Source: Welwitschia mirabilis (lineage: Eukaryota). Taken from it: 20,000 nucleotides of DNA. The notes beneath the pieces were generated by a model. It saw nothing but the letters and a program-made list of their open reading frames with translations. It ran no database searches and had not been told where the DNA came from. A program made the translations under genes and the position numbers. The stretch spans positions 17,436,080 to 17,456,079 of the forward strand of contig JBOZIK010000001.1 of assembly GCA_051453625.1 (NCBI GenBank), given 5' to 3'. Below, piece by piece: positions 1-10,859 of the stretch (positions within the stretch are counted from its first letter, which is position 1; each line of letters begins with the position of its first letter).

Positions 1-48
1 AAAAGTAAATATTTGAACCTCCTCACTGAAACTTATTATCAGATGATG

Positions 49-525
49 CTAAGTGAGGCAAGTCCTTTTTGGACTTAATACCTAGAAAATAGTGCAGGGT
101 TAAAAATCGATCTAAATGATTTTATAAAAATATTTGCCAATTGATCTTCTATGCAAACATATTCTAAAGATATTATTTTTTTCTACTAATTCACGAATAA
201 AGTGGTATCTTATATCAATGTATTTGATGTGAGTGTGTTAAATTGGGTTGTAAGCTATTTGAATGACACTTGAGTTGTCACAAAGGATTGGCACTTCTAT
301 GATATTTATCCCATAGTTCTTCAAGGTCTATTTCATTCACAAGGTCTAAGTGCAACAATCTCTAGCTGCTATGTACTCAGATTTGATGGTATAAAGAGAT
401 ATAGAGCATTATTTCTTACTATATAAGGCTGTGAGACAATTTTTAAAGAAAACGTATCTACCACTTGTGCTTTTCTGATCATCTTTACATCCATCCCAAT
501 CTGCATCACTATATCCTATTACGAT
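49..525 (-). pseudogene. copia RNase H domain and end of pol
   Basis: GYSDADWDGCKDDQKSTSG (GYSDADW at 496-516)...PILCDNSSVIQIAYNPI*HTHIKYIDIRYHFIRELVE...EDQLANIFIK. Probable pol stop at 49-51. Confidence 0.93.
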
Positions 526-2130
526 TAAAGTAGTATTATTTAAAAACCATAAACCAAAATCTAGAGTATGTTTCACATAGCGAAGCATTCTCTTTGTAGC
601 TGTAAGATGTGATTCTTTAAGTTTACTTTAATACCTGGCATACAAACCAACACTAAAGTCTATATCTTGGTAATTAGCCATTAAATATAATAGACTTCCA
701 ATAGTACTACGATATACTTTTTGATCCATATCCTTGCTATGTTCATCTAAAGAAAGTTTAACATTTGTAGCCATTAGAGAGTCCATGCACTTTGCATTTT
801 CCAGTTTGAACTTTTTAATCAAATCTAAGAAGTATTTCTTTTGATTGNNNNNNNNNNNNNNNNNNNNNNNNNNNNNNNNNNNNNNNNNNNNNNNNNNNNN
901 NNNNNNNNNNNNNNNNNNNNNNNNNNNNNNNNNNNNNNNNNNNNNNNNNNNNNNNNNNNNNNNNNNNNNNNNNNNNNNNNNNNNNNNNNNNNNNNNNNNN
1001 NNNNNNNNNNNNNNNNNNNNNNNNNNNNNNNNNNNNNNNNNNNNNNNNNNNNNNNNNNNNNNNNNNNNNNNNNNNNNNNNNNNNNNNNNNNNNNNNNNNN
1101 NNNNNNNNNNNNNNNNNNNNNNNNNNNNNNNNNNNNNNNNNNNNNNNNNNNNNNNNNNNNNNNNNNNNNNNNNNNNNNNNNNNNNNNNNNNNNNNNNNNN
1201 NNNNNNNNNNNNNNNNNNNNNNNNNNNNNNNNNNNNNNNNNNNNNNNNNNNNNNNNNNNNNNNNNNNNNNNNNNNNNNNNNNNNNNNNTAAAGATTCCCT
1301 ATTTGTATTACTGAATTTGTGAATCCAAAAACATATTTATAGGTCCAACCAAGTTCATTTCAAATTCAGAACTCATAAATTTTACAAAATCATTTGATAA
1401 GCTTTCATTTATTGATCCAAAAATAATATCATCAACATAGATTTACACTAGAATTAAGTTATTATTCAAAAACTTTCAAAACAACATTTTATTAATGGAT
1501 CCTCTAGAAAAACCATGTTGAAGTAAGAATGATGAGAGCTTCTCATACTAAGCTCTAGGAGCTTATTTTAACTGATACAAGGCTTTGTTAAGTTTATAAA
1601 CATATTCAGAATTGTGAGGATCAGAAAAATCTTAAGGTTCCTTAACATAAACTTCTTCTTCAATATTTCCATTAAGAAAAGCATTNNNNNNNNNNNNNNN
1701 NNNNNNNNNNNNNNNNNNNNNNNNNNNNNNNNNNNNNNNNNNNNNNNNNNNNNNNNNNNNNNNNNNNNNNNNNNNNNNNNNNNNNNNNNNNNNNNNNNNN
1801 NNNNNNNNNNNNNNNNNNNNNNNNNNNNNNNNNNNNNNNNNNNNNNNNNNNNNNNNNNNNNNNNNNNNNNNNNNNNNNNNNNNNNNNNNNNNNNNNNNNN
1901 NNNNNNNNNNNNNNNNNNNNNNNNNNNNNNNNNNNNNNNNNNNNNNNNNNNNNNNNNNNNNNNNNNNNNNNNNNNNNNNNNNNNNNNNNNNNNNNNNNNN
2001 NNNNNNNNNNNNNNNNNNNNNNNNNNNNNNNNNNAAGAAAGACATGAGCAGTAAATTTCTTAAGAGAATTTATGGTAATGATACCTTACTAATCATTTTA
2101 AATAATAGAATCCAAAGGATTATCCTTGAG
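526..2130 (-). pseudogene. copia reverse transcriptase (RVT_2-type), interrupted by two gaps
   Basis: NAFLNGNIEEEVYVKEP, YKLNKALYQLK*APRA*YEKLS, IYVDDIIFGS (YVDD at 1428-1439), SEFEM, and YRSTIGSLLYL in ORF 628-822. Confidence 0.95.
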
Positions 2131-2229
2131 TTCCTTAATTTCTAGAGTCGCTATATCTTTTGAGTTTTCATTTATTTGATCACTAGAGCACAAGCGAAAA
2201 GGATCATTGTTATGGTTAATGAATTTTAA

Positions 2230-3100
2230 AGAATCTGAGATATCATGTATTTTTAAATTAATTAATTCTTCCATATGAATAGTTCTTTTGTTAAAAACTC
2301 TATAGGCTCTACTAGATTAAGAGTATCCTAAAAATATTTCTTCATCTAATTTAGAATTAAATTTAGCTAATTCTTCTCTATCTCTTAGAATGGATCATTT
2401 ACTTTCAAAAGTTTTAAAATATGATATATTTAGTTTCTTACCTTTTCATAGTTATTAGGAGTTTTAGATATTTTCGGTCTTAAATAAACTCTCTTAGATA
2501 CATGAGATGCCATGTTCACAGCTTCAGCTCAAATCTGTTTTTGGATGTTTTTGTCATTTAGCATTACTCTAGCCAAATCTAGTATGGTTCGATCTTTCTT
2601 TTTAGCTATTCCATTTTATTGAGGTGTTTTAGGGGCTAAAAATTCATGGCCAATTCCATTTAAGTTGCCATAAATTTTAAATCTTTTAGTTTTAAAATCT
2701 TTACCATGATCACTTCATATTTTATTTATTACATACCCCTTCTTAGTTTCATAGGCATTAGATTTTACATGAATAAAAGCTACCAACAAAAACATAAAAA
2801 AATTGTTAACCATGACTAGAAAATATCTTTTTCTAGATAGACTCATAGTTTGGATAGGTCCAACTAAATTCATGTAAATTAAGTCTAAGGATTTACTAGT
2901 TGTAATATTGCTAACTCTTTTGTGAGAGGTTTTGGTTTGTTTTCCCTTTTGATAAGCATCACATAGCCCTTTGTGAGAAAAAGAGATTTTAGGGAGACCC
3001 CTAACTATCATATCATGACATAATTTTTTCAAAGATTTAAAACTCATATGACTTAAACATTAATACCAAATAACGTTATCTTGAGTATGAGATGATACAC
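2230..3100 (-). pseudogene. copia GAG-pre-integrase plus integrase core
   Basis: WY*CLSHMSFKSL...VRGLPKI...CDAYQKGKQTKTSHK, LDLIYMNLVGP, RSDHGKDF, HEFLAPKTPQ*NGIAKKKDRT, IFLGYS*SSRAYRVFNKRT. Confidence 0.93.
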
Positions 3101-3132
3101 ATGTAGNNNNNNNNNNNNNNNNNNNNNNNNNN

Positions 3133-3490
3133 ACATTATCATGTCTATTTTCTATAAGTAGAGGTTGATCAATTTTTTCGTGTTTCATAATATATGTGTT
3201 TTCATCAAAAAGGTCTTTATGACCCTTATCATAAATCTGACTAATGCTTAACAAATTATTCTTTAAACCATTAACAAATAAAACATTATGAATATTTAGT
3301 AAATTACCTTTATTAATGCTTCCAATTCCTTTAATTTGAAATCTTTCATTATCTCCGAAAGTGATTTCTTCTCCATTGTATTCCTTGAAGCTGATGAAGT
3401 TTAATTTATTATGTGTCATATGTCTCAACCAACCACTATCTAGATACTAACACAAATTATTAGTTACTTTTAAAGCCATTTGGATCAATA
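3133..3490 (-). pseudogene. copia aspartic protease region, copy 1
   Basis: C*YLDSGWLRHMTH (DSG at 3432-3440; canonical WYLDSGCSRHMTG), ITFGDN, NVLFVNGLKNNLLSISQIYDKG. Confidence 0.92.
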
Positions 3491-3533
3491 ATTTATTAAG
3501 CATTAGTCAGATTTATGATAAGGATCATAAAGA
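3487..3533 (+). repeat. Short inverted copy of 3214-3260
   Basis: AATAATTTATTAAGCATTAGTCAGATTTATGATAAGGATCATAAAGA is the reverse complement of 3214-3260 with 2 mismatches. Confidence 0.92.
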
Positions 3534-3975
3534 TGAAGGACTTCATGAGATTCAATGCTATTCCTACAAAGATTTTGGTCATACTTCAAATGTCTACCCA
3601 AATAACAGAAAGAATGACAAAAGAAAGGAAAAGAAAGTCCTATCTGCAACATGGGATAATGATGAAAGTAAAAGTGAACAAAACTCAGATTTAGAACATG
3701 GTGGTATCTCTCTTATGGCTATCATCAATGAAAATGTATGTTCTACTTCTAACATTAACTCAGTTATTAGTGAAGATATGCTTAATGATATTAAATTGGA
3801 ATTATATTTGGAATGCCAAAATCTAGCTCACAGATTAAACCAATTAGAAAAGAAAATAAGATCCTTCTAGATGAGCTTGAGATTAGGAAAAAGGAAGTTA
3901 ATGATCTAAAAAATAGCCTTGCATCAACTTCCTATAGAATAAAGAATCAAACCTCTAAAAAATCATTTCCTAGAT
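3531..3975 (+). pseudogene. Inverted gag fragment (zinc knuckle plus coiled-coil region)
   Basis: Plus strand reads IQCYSYKDFGHTSNVYP...KKVLSATWDNDES (decayed CX2CX4HX4C). 3841-3975 is the reverse complement of ~4457-4620. Confidence 0.9.
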
Positions 3976-4208
3976 ATGACCCTTATCNNNNNNNNNNAAA
4001 ACATTATGAATATTCAATAAATTACCTCTACTAATGCTTCCAATTCCTTTAATTTGAGATCTTTCATTATCTCCGAAAGTGATTTCTTCTTCATTGTATT
4101 TCTTGAAGCTGATGAAGTTTGATTTGTTATTTGTCATATGTCTTAACTAACCACTATCTAGATACTAACACAAATTATTAGTTACTTTTAAAGCCATTTG
4201 GATCAATA
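3975..4208 (-). repeat. Second, direct copy of the protease region (3218-3490)
   Basis: 3998-4208 aligns to 3280-3490 with 12 mismatches in 211 nt by hand count. 3975-3987 matches 3218-3230. Confidence 0.93.
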
Positions 4209-6134
4209 GGCTCTTAGTTATATACTTAGGAATCCACCTCAGATATTTATTTCTATTTATAACATGATGAGGTTTTTTGGTAAATGTAAACTTAGATCCT
4301 AAAAGGGAGTGCGGAAATTAACTTTTGGTAAAGACACAATCAATCTTAGAGTGATCTTTTTTGTTCTAATAGTAATNNNNNNNNNNATTAGCTAAAGAAT
4401 TCTTAGAATCTGCCTTAGACAAGTGTTTAAAATGAGAGGAGTGATAAGAATTTAGAGATCTAGGGAATGATTTTTTAGAGGCTTAATTCTTTATTCTATT
4501 TTTTAGAGGCTTGATTCTTTATTCTATAGGAAGTTGATGCAAGGCTATTTTTAGGTCATTAACTTTCTTTTTCCTAATCTCAAGCTTATCTAAAAGGATT
4601 TTATTTTCTTTTCTAAGTTGNNNNNNNNNNNNNNNNNNNNNNNNNNNNNNNNNNNNNNNNNNNNNNNNNNNNNNNNNNNNNNNNNNNNNNNNNNNNNNNN
4701 NNNNNNNNNNNNNNNNNNNNNNNNNNNNNNNNNNNNNNNNNNNNNNNNNNNNNNNNNNNNNNNNNNNNNNNNNNNNNNNNNNNNNNNNNNNNNNNNNNNN
4801 NNNNNNNNNNNNNNNNNNNNNNNNNNNNNNNNNNNNNNNNNNNNNNNNNNNNNNNNNNNNNNNNNNNNNNNNNNNNNNNNNNNNNNNNNNNNNNNNNNNN
4901 NNNNNNNNNNNNNNNNNNNNNNNNNNNNNNNNNNNNNNNNNNNNNNNNNNNNNNNNNNNNNNNNNNNNNNNNNNNNNNNNNNNNNNNNNNNNNNNNNNNN
5001 NNNNNNNNNNNNNNNNNNNNNNNNNNNNNNNNNNNNNNNNNNNNNNNNNNNNNNNNNNNNNNNNNNNNNNNNNNNNNNNNNNNNNNNNNNNNNNNNNNNN
5101 NNNNNNNNNNNNNNNNNNNNNNNNNNNNNNNNNNNNNNNNNNNNNNNNNNNNNNNNNNNNNNNNNNNNNNNNNNNNNNNNNNNNNNNNNNNNNNNNNNNN
5201 NNNNNNNNNNNNNNNNNNNNNNNNNNNNNNNNNNNNNNNNNNNNNNNNNNNNNNNNNNNNNNNNNNNNNNNNNNNNNNNNNNNNNNNNNNNNNNNNNNNN
5301 NNNNNNNNNNNNNNNNNNNNNNNNNNNNNNNNNNNNNNNNNNNNNNNNNNNNNNNNNNNNNNNNNNNNNNNNNNNNNNNNNNNNNNNNNNNNNNNNNNNN
5401 NNNNNNNNNNNNNNNNNNNNNNNNNNNNNNNNNNNNNNNNNNNNNNNNNNNNNNNNNNNNNNNNNNNNCACACTCTTCTTCTTTTGCTTTTCAAATTTCA
5501 ACTCAAAAATGTGATGGTTCCCTTCGAGTTTATCTAGTTTCATGATGTCTAGGTCCTTGCTTTCTTCTATAGCAATCACTTTTGATTCGAATGTTTTTGG
5601 TAGAGATCTCAAGGCTTTGTGAAGCACTCTTGATTATTTAATTGATTCACCTAATTCACGCATAGAATTTACAATATCTGTTAGTTTTGTAAAGAAATTA
5701 TTTATACCTTTATCATCTTCCATCTTTAGGTTCTCAAACTGGGTGATCAGCAATTAAAGCTTAGCCTACTTTATTAGATTTATTCCTTCATGAGAAGTCT
5801 CAAATATATCCCATGATTCTTTAGTAGTGGTATAGTTCACCACTCTTTTAAAATCTTTTAGACCTATGACACAGAAGATAGCATTTAGGCCTTTGAAGTT
5901 ATAGGTTGTAGATTGTTTCTTATCTAGTGTTCATTTGTCCCTACTTTTTGGAATTGCTAACTTGCTAATCAAATCCTACATAGTAGGAGAACAATACCCA
6001 TTAATAATAGACTCCCAAATTTCTAGGTCACTGGATTGAATAAAGACTTTTATCTTTCCTTTCTAATAACCATAATTTATTCCATCGAAGAAGGGAGGTC
6101 TTATGATAGAGTTTCCTTTAGTGGATTGACTCAT
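4209..6134 (-). pseudogene. Sirevirus-type gag
   Basis: ATG at 6134: MSQSTKGNSIIRPPFFDGINYGY*KGKIKVFIQSSDLEIWESIING...NAIFC...KESWDIFETSHEG; then ALRSLPKTFESKVIAIEESKDL; a second decayed knuckle (NKKDHSKIDC) near 4335-4375; WIPK near 4226-4237. Gap at 4621-5468. Confidence 0.92.
4471..4526. repeat. 28-bp tandem duplication
   Basis: TTTTTTAGAGGCTT(A/G)ATTCTTTATTCTA occurs twice with one mismatch. The inverted homologue at ~3934-3962 has a single copy. Confidence 0.9.
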
Positions 6135-6185
6135 TCTATAGGGATGAATGGAGCAAAGACCTGTTATGATCTATTTCTCAATCTT

Positions 6186-6197
6186 GTTCTCATACCA
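6186..6197 (-). promoter_or_regulatory. Primer-binding site, tRNA-iMet-like
   Basis: TGGTATGAGAAC versus canonical TGGTATCAGAGC (10/12), about 50 nt upstream of the gag ATG. Confidence 0.75.
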
Positions 6198-6584
6198 AAA
6201 ACAATAAGTATAAATAAATACTAAAACAAGGTATTTAATGGTGGATGGATACCACCCTTCAACTTTATAGACTTCTTATCCTAGCTAGCATATATTCACT
6301 CAAAAGAATAGTTTTCAGGTTTACCAAATAACCTTTCACAATCAATAAGGATTTTATAGCTTATCCTCAACCAAAAACAAATGATATATAAAAGGATGCA
6401 CTAATGCACAAATGTGATCTCTAATGTATATTAATCTTGTTTTCGAAAAATGTATTGATGTAAGTACAACAGAAATCTAAACTTTTTGAAATGTTTAGAT
6501 GTGCTAGTAGAAAGTATAATAGTTCTTATTCAATCTTAGATTTGATAAAATAGTATCAGTGTCCTCTAGTGATTAGAGGAAAGC

Positions 6585-6591
6585 TTTTATA
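6585..6591 (-). promoter_or_regulatory. Candidate LTR TATA box
   Basis: GTATAAAAG on the minus strand, just downstream of the motif array, followed by a 7-bp hairpin TCCTCTA-N5-TAGAGGA (6562-6580). Confidence 0.45.
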
Positions 6592-6711
6592 CTTAAGATG
6601 TAATATATGATCATTTCTTCAAAAAGAAATGAACTGTTTTAATTTTCTAAGGAACCGTTGTACTTTTCTAATGAACATTTGTGTTCATAACGATTACATT
6701 TTACTATTGCA

Positions 6712-7358
6712 TGGTTGACCTTTTGTTATCTTTTATTGACCACAACTCACCCTTATTCTAATGTTAAGTCACCCTTGCTTGTTACAGATTTCTTAGTACA
6801 GAATATGATGCAAAATCGGTCACCCTTGTGAAAATACTTGGTTGCTCTTAGTTAGATCGCCTTGATCATTTCTACTCAGTCAACCTTATAAGTAGAGATT
6901 CCTAGTAGAACGTGATTGCTTGATCTAATTTTATGTGACCAGCCTAAAGTCATCTAGTTCATGTTCTACTAATTATCATGCAGTAGCCCATATAGTAACT
7001 ATTGGTCACCTGTACTACTATTAGATAGATTCTTACTGCATGTCATGTGGTTGTCCATAATAATCTTATCAGTTTTCTATCTTTATTATAGGTTGGATTT
7101 CACTGCATGTGTTGCACTCATCCATATGAATGAATCTAATCATCTATCCTGCTATCAAATTTGATCAGACTAAGTGAAGTGCAGTTGCCCGTGTGAGGAT
7201 GGCAATTGCCCATGTGTTAACCAGTCTTCTTTATGTTGTCTTAGTTTAGTTACCTACTAAGTCATATGAAATCACCCACTTCTGAAGCAATATTATAGTT
7301 CTTAATCATTCGGTTGCTCAATCTGATACATCAGTCACCCGCTGCTAGAAGTTACTTG
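6712..7358. repeat. Dispersed array of a decayed 10-bp CpG near-palindrome (inferred ancestor CGGTCGCCCG)
   Basis: cggtcaccct 6817, tggttgctct 6839, cagtcaacct 6877, cagtagccca 6981, tggtcacctg 7003, tggttgtcca 7048, cagttgcccg 7182, caattgccca 7203, tagttaccta 7247, cggttgctca 7311, cagtcacccg 7332. Confidence 0.75.
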
Positions 7359-8142
7359 CATAAAATACTAGCTTGAAAAAACTCATTAAATTAATTAATG
7401 ATAATGGGTTCTCAACATAAATTTCTTTTGAATCAATTTAAATACTCTTTTCATTTTAATTATGTAAATGTCCCTTATGGTTTNNNNNNNNNNNNNNNNN
7501 NNNNNNNNNNNNNNNNNNNNNNNNNNNNNNNNNNNNNNNNNNNNNNNNNNNNNNNNNNNNNNNNNNNNNNNNNNNNNNNNNNNNNNNNNNNNNNNNNNNN
7601 NNNNNNNNNNNNNNNNNNNNNNNNNNNNNNNNNNNNNNNNNNNNNNNNNNNNNNNNNNNNNNNNNNNNNNNNNNNNNNNNNNNNNNNNNNNNNNNNNNNN
7701 NNNNNNNNNNNNNNNNNNNNNNNNNNNNNNNNNNNNNNNNNNNNNNNNNNNNNNNNNNNNNNNNNNNNNNNNNNNNNNNNNNNNNNNNNNNNNNNNNNNN
7801 NNNNNNNNNNNNNNNNNNNNNNNNNNNNNNNNNNNNNNNNNNNNNNNNNNNNNNNNNNNNNNNNNNNNNNNNNNNNNNNNNNNNNNNNNNNNNNNNNNNN
7901 NNNNNNNNNNNNNNNNNNNNNNNNNNNNNNNNNNNNNNNNNNNNNNNNNNNNNNNNNNNNNNNNNNNNNNNNNNNNNNNNNNNNNNNNNNNNNNNNNNNN
8001 NNNNNNNNNNNNNNNNNNNNNNNNNNNNNNNNNNNNNNNNNNNNNNNNNNNNNNNNNNNNNNNNNNNNNNNNNNNNNNNNNNNNNNNNNNNNNNNNNNNN
8101 NNNNNNNNNNNNNNNNNNNNNNNNNNNNNNNNNNNNNNNNNN

Positions 8143-8420
8143 AGGATTGGGAATCAAATGAATCCATTTCATTTTCACGTTCATTTACTTGCATTTCATA
8201 TTTATTTATCTTGCATTGAATTTACTTTATTATTTACTTTTAAGTTAGTAAAAGATAAAAGATCAAAAACTACCTTTGGAAATCAATTCTCTAACTCTGA
8301 GCCTAGTGTTTTCATTGGGATTATGACACTCAGGTAAAATCCCGTCTATACTACCATGTTTTCTACAAGTTATATGATTTACAGGTTTGCCTAAAGGACT
8401 TTAATATTTCATAAATTACA
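8143..8420 (+). mobile_element. 3' (U5) end of an Athila-like LTR inserted into a gypsy integrase
   Basis: Ends ...AAATTACA exactly where integrase homology stops. GGATTATGACACTCAGGTAAAATCCCGTCTATACTA (~8319-8353) resembles GGATTATAACATTTAAGTTAACTACCATCTATATTA (~19287-19322) near the end of the PBS-anchored LTR. Confidence 0.6.
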
Positions 8421-8990
8421 ATAGGGATACAACCTTAGCTTTATTACACTTAGTAAAGTAATTAATTACAAACAAAATATATTTTTTCCTATAGAAGAAA
8501 GGGTTGATAGATCCAATGAAATCTATTTTCCAAACATCAAAAGGCTTAGTTAACTGAATATATTATTATGATATTTTTCCTTTTTAATTAAATACTCCTT
8601 TTCTCTAACACTTATGACAACTCTAAAGATAAGAATTTGGATCTTTAAATATTGTGAATCAGTAATATTCCATATGAAGAATCTTTATCCTTGTTCTTCT
8701 TACACCATAATGTCCTTTTCCTTCTCCCTTATGAGCTTTCCTTAGAATTTCTTTCTACAAATTTATTCTACATGTTTTCTAATAATATGATATTTAGATC
8801 TTATAATTAACATATTATCATTCCATATGTAGTCTCTAGATTCTCTTGATAGTCTCTTTCTTTCATAATAAGTCATAAAACATGGTAATTTCTTACTTAT
8901 AATGAAATTTTCTATGTTAACATACCATGAACTAGATTTTACTTGAAAAAGATGTTCATCTAGAAATTCATTTCTTATTTTTTTCAATTC
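8421..8990 (-). pseudogene. gypsy integrase N-terminal HHCC and start of the catalytic core
   Basis: EFLDEHLF..SWYVNIENF; EILRKAHKGEGKGHYGVRRTRIKIL..YY*FTIFKD..SCHKC*RKG; PFDVWKIDFIGSINP..KYILFVINYFTKCNKAK, then an abrupt end. Confidence 0.9.
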
Positions 8991-8999
8991 TTCATTGAA

Positions 9000-9370
9000 A
9001 AATTCTAATCTTAAGAGATGATGTATTACTGCATTTTTCCCTCTTCTATCAATAATTTTTTATTAAATTCTTGCATTAGTAGTATCCATCCCATAATTCT
9101 TATATTATCTTTTTTTTATTCATCAAAAATCTAATAGCACTATTGTCTATATGAACTTTCACCTCATAACCTAAAATATAAGACTTGAATTTTTCTAAAA
9201 TCATCATCACTACTAATAATTCTTTCTCAGTTACTATATAATTTTGTTGAGTTGGTTTAAATTACTTACTAATATAGTAAATTAGACATGATTTATTTTT
9301 TCCATGTTTTTGAATAAAAGAAGCTTTCATAGCATGACTAGATGCATTGATGACAATGTGTCATTGTATT
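9000..9370 (-). pseudogene. gypsy RNase H
   Basis: NASSHAMKA, IYYISK, QQNYIVTEKELLVV, EKFKSYILG, VHIDNSAIRFLM, RIMGWILLMQEFN, HHLLRLE. Confidence 0.9.
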
Positions 9371-9399
9371 CTTCAATTAGATTCCTATAGATTTTATCT

Positions 9400-10240
9400 T
9401 TTAAAGTTTGATAAGCATCTTAACATTCATTAGTCTAATTATATTCCACATCCTTTAATAAAAGGTTTCTCAAAGATCTAGTAATTTTACTAAAGTTTGA
9501 TATAATTCTTCAATAATATCCAACATGCCCTAAAAAAGATCTTAATTAATTTAATTTAGTTAAGGATAAAATATATTTTATAGCTTTAATTTTTTATTCA
9601 ATAGTCTCAAACCATTTTTAAGATATTTTATGTCCCAAAACTATGTCTTCTATCATCATAAGATGGCTTTTTGACCAACTTAGCTTTATGTGTTTCTCTT
9701 CATGTCTTTCTAAAACTCTTTCTAATCTATTAAGTAACTTATCAAAATCATTTTTTTAAGTTGACAAATAATCTATAAAAACTTCAATAGATCTCCCTTT
9801 CATATCCTAAAAGATACTATTTACTAGCCTTTAGAAGGTAGCAAGGGTATTATGTAATCCAAATTGTAATACTTTATAGGCATAAGTACCCCAATGATAA
9901 GTGAAATTTATCTTATCTTAATCTTATAAATCTATTAGAACCTAATTATATCTACTATATCCATTAGTAAAATTATACTACTAATTTCTAGATACTCTTT
10001 TTAAAACTTGATCTATAAATAAAAGAGGAAAATGATCTTTATCAGTTATTGTATTTAGTATTTGAAAATCTATACATACTCTTTATTTATTTTCTTTCTT
10101 TGATATACTATAATAAAACTCATTCACTTTAAAATCAATATGGGATAGATAAATTCCACATCCAAGAGTTTAAAGATTTCTTATTTAATTTCTTGAATAT
10201 GTGAATTACATCTTCTTTATAGCTTCTTATTTGGTTTAAC
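9400..10240 (-). pseudogene. gypsy reverse transcriptase
   Basis: KLLDVEFIYPI, K*RVCIDFQILNTITDKDHFPLLFIDQVL, WGTYAYKVLQFGLHNTLATF*R, IEVFIDYLS (catalytic F-x-D-D decayed to FIDY at 9768-9779). Confidence 0.93.
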
Positions 10241-10260
10241 AGAAATATCTAGATAAATTT

Positions 10261-10690
10261 TATGTTGATATAGTTTTAGATATATTGCATTAATATTAGG
10301 ATGAACCTAAGCAAAAGATTTTTTCTTCTAGTTAGCATTTTTAAGCCTTTTTTTCTAAGAATGAGTTAAAAAACTCTTTAAAAGTAAAGGTCTATTAGGA
10401 GATACTTGAATATACCACAATCCTNNNNNNNNNNNNNNNNNNNNNNNNNNNNNNNNNNNNNNNNNNNNNNNNNNNNNNNNNNNNNNNNNNNNNNNNNNNN
10501 NNNNNNNNNNNNNNNNNNNNNNNNTATGGTGATATACTTTTAGATATATTTCCTTAATATTAGTATGATTCTAAGAAAAAGCTTTTTTCTTCTAATTAGC
10601 ATTTGTTTAAGCTTTCTTTTCTAAGAATGAGTTAAAGAACTCTTTAAAAGTAAAGGTATATTAAGAGATACTTTAATATACCGCAATCCT
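10261..10690. repeat. ~165-bp redundant pair (10261-10424 / 10525-10690) around a 100-N gap
   Basis: Colinear; about 17 substitutions and one 2-bp indel by hand count. Confidence 0.9.
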
Positions 10691-10859
10691 TCGTTAAGTG
10701 GATACTTTTCTATTTCTTATAATGAAAATCTTTTATCTTCATACTTTTATTCATTTTTTTATTAACATCATACTAACCTCTTGTATTATAATTACATTGG
10801 TTCTAACTATTGCATTATGCACCATCTCCTCTACAATCACTACATCAGATAACTTCATT

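Larger units (their letters stand above)
1..7417 (-). mobile_element. Degenerate Ty1/copia LTR retrotransposon, Sirevirus (SIRE/Maximus)-like; 3' part continues off the left edge
   Basis: Minus-strand domain order gag-PR-INT-RT-RNaseH (copia order). Motifs read by hand: RPPFFDGINYGY*K (gag start), WIPK then *YLDSG (PR), LILV*IYVDDIIFGS (RT), GYSDADW (RNase H). PBS-like site and LTR lie upstream. Many stops and frameshifts. Confidence 0.93.
6198..7417 (-). repeat. Putative 5' LTR of the Sirevirus-like element
   Basis: Non-coding and directly upstream of the PBS. Candidate start TGTTGAGAACCC at 7417, then a palindrome array, then TATAAAA. No clean terminal CA is visible and the partner LTR is off-window, so the boundaries are inferred. 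Confidence 0.6.

Noticed and set aside
6712..7358. CRISPR-like or satellite interpretation of the spaced 10-mers
   Set aside because: Units are short, degenerate and irregularly spaced, there are no cas genes, and the context is a plant retrotransposon LTR.
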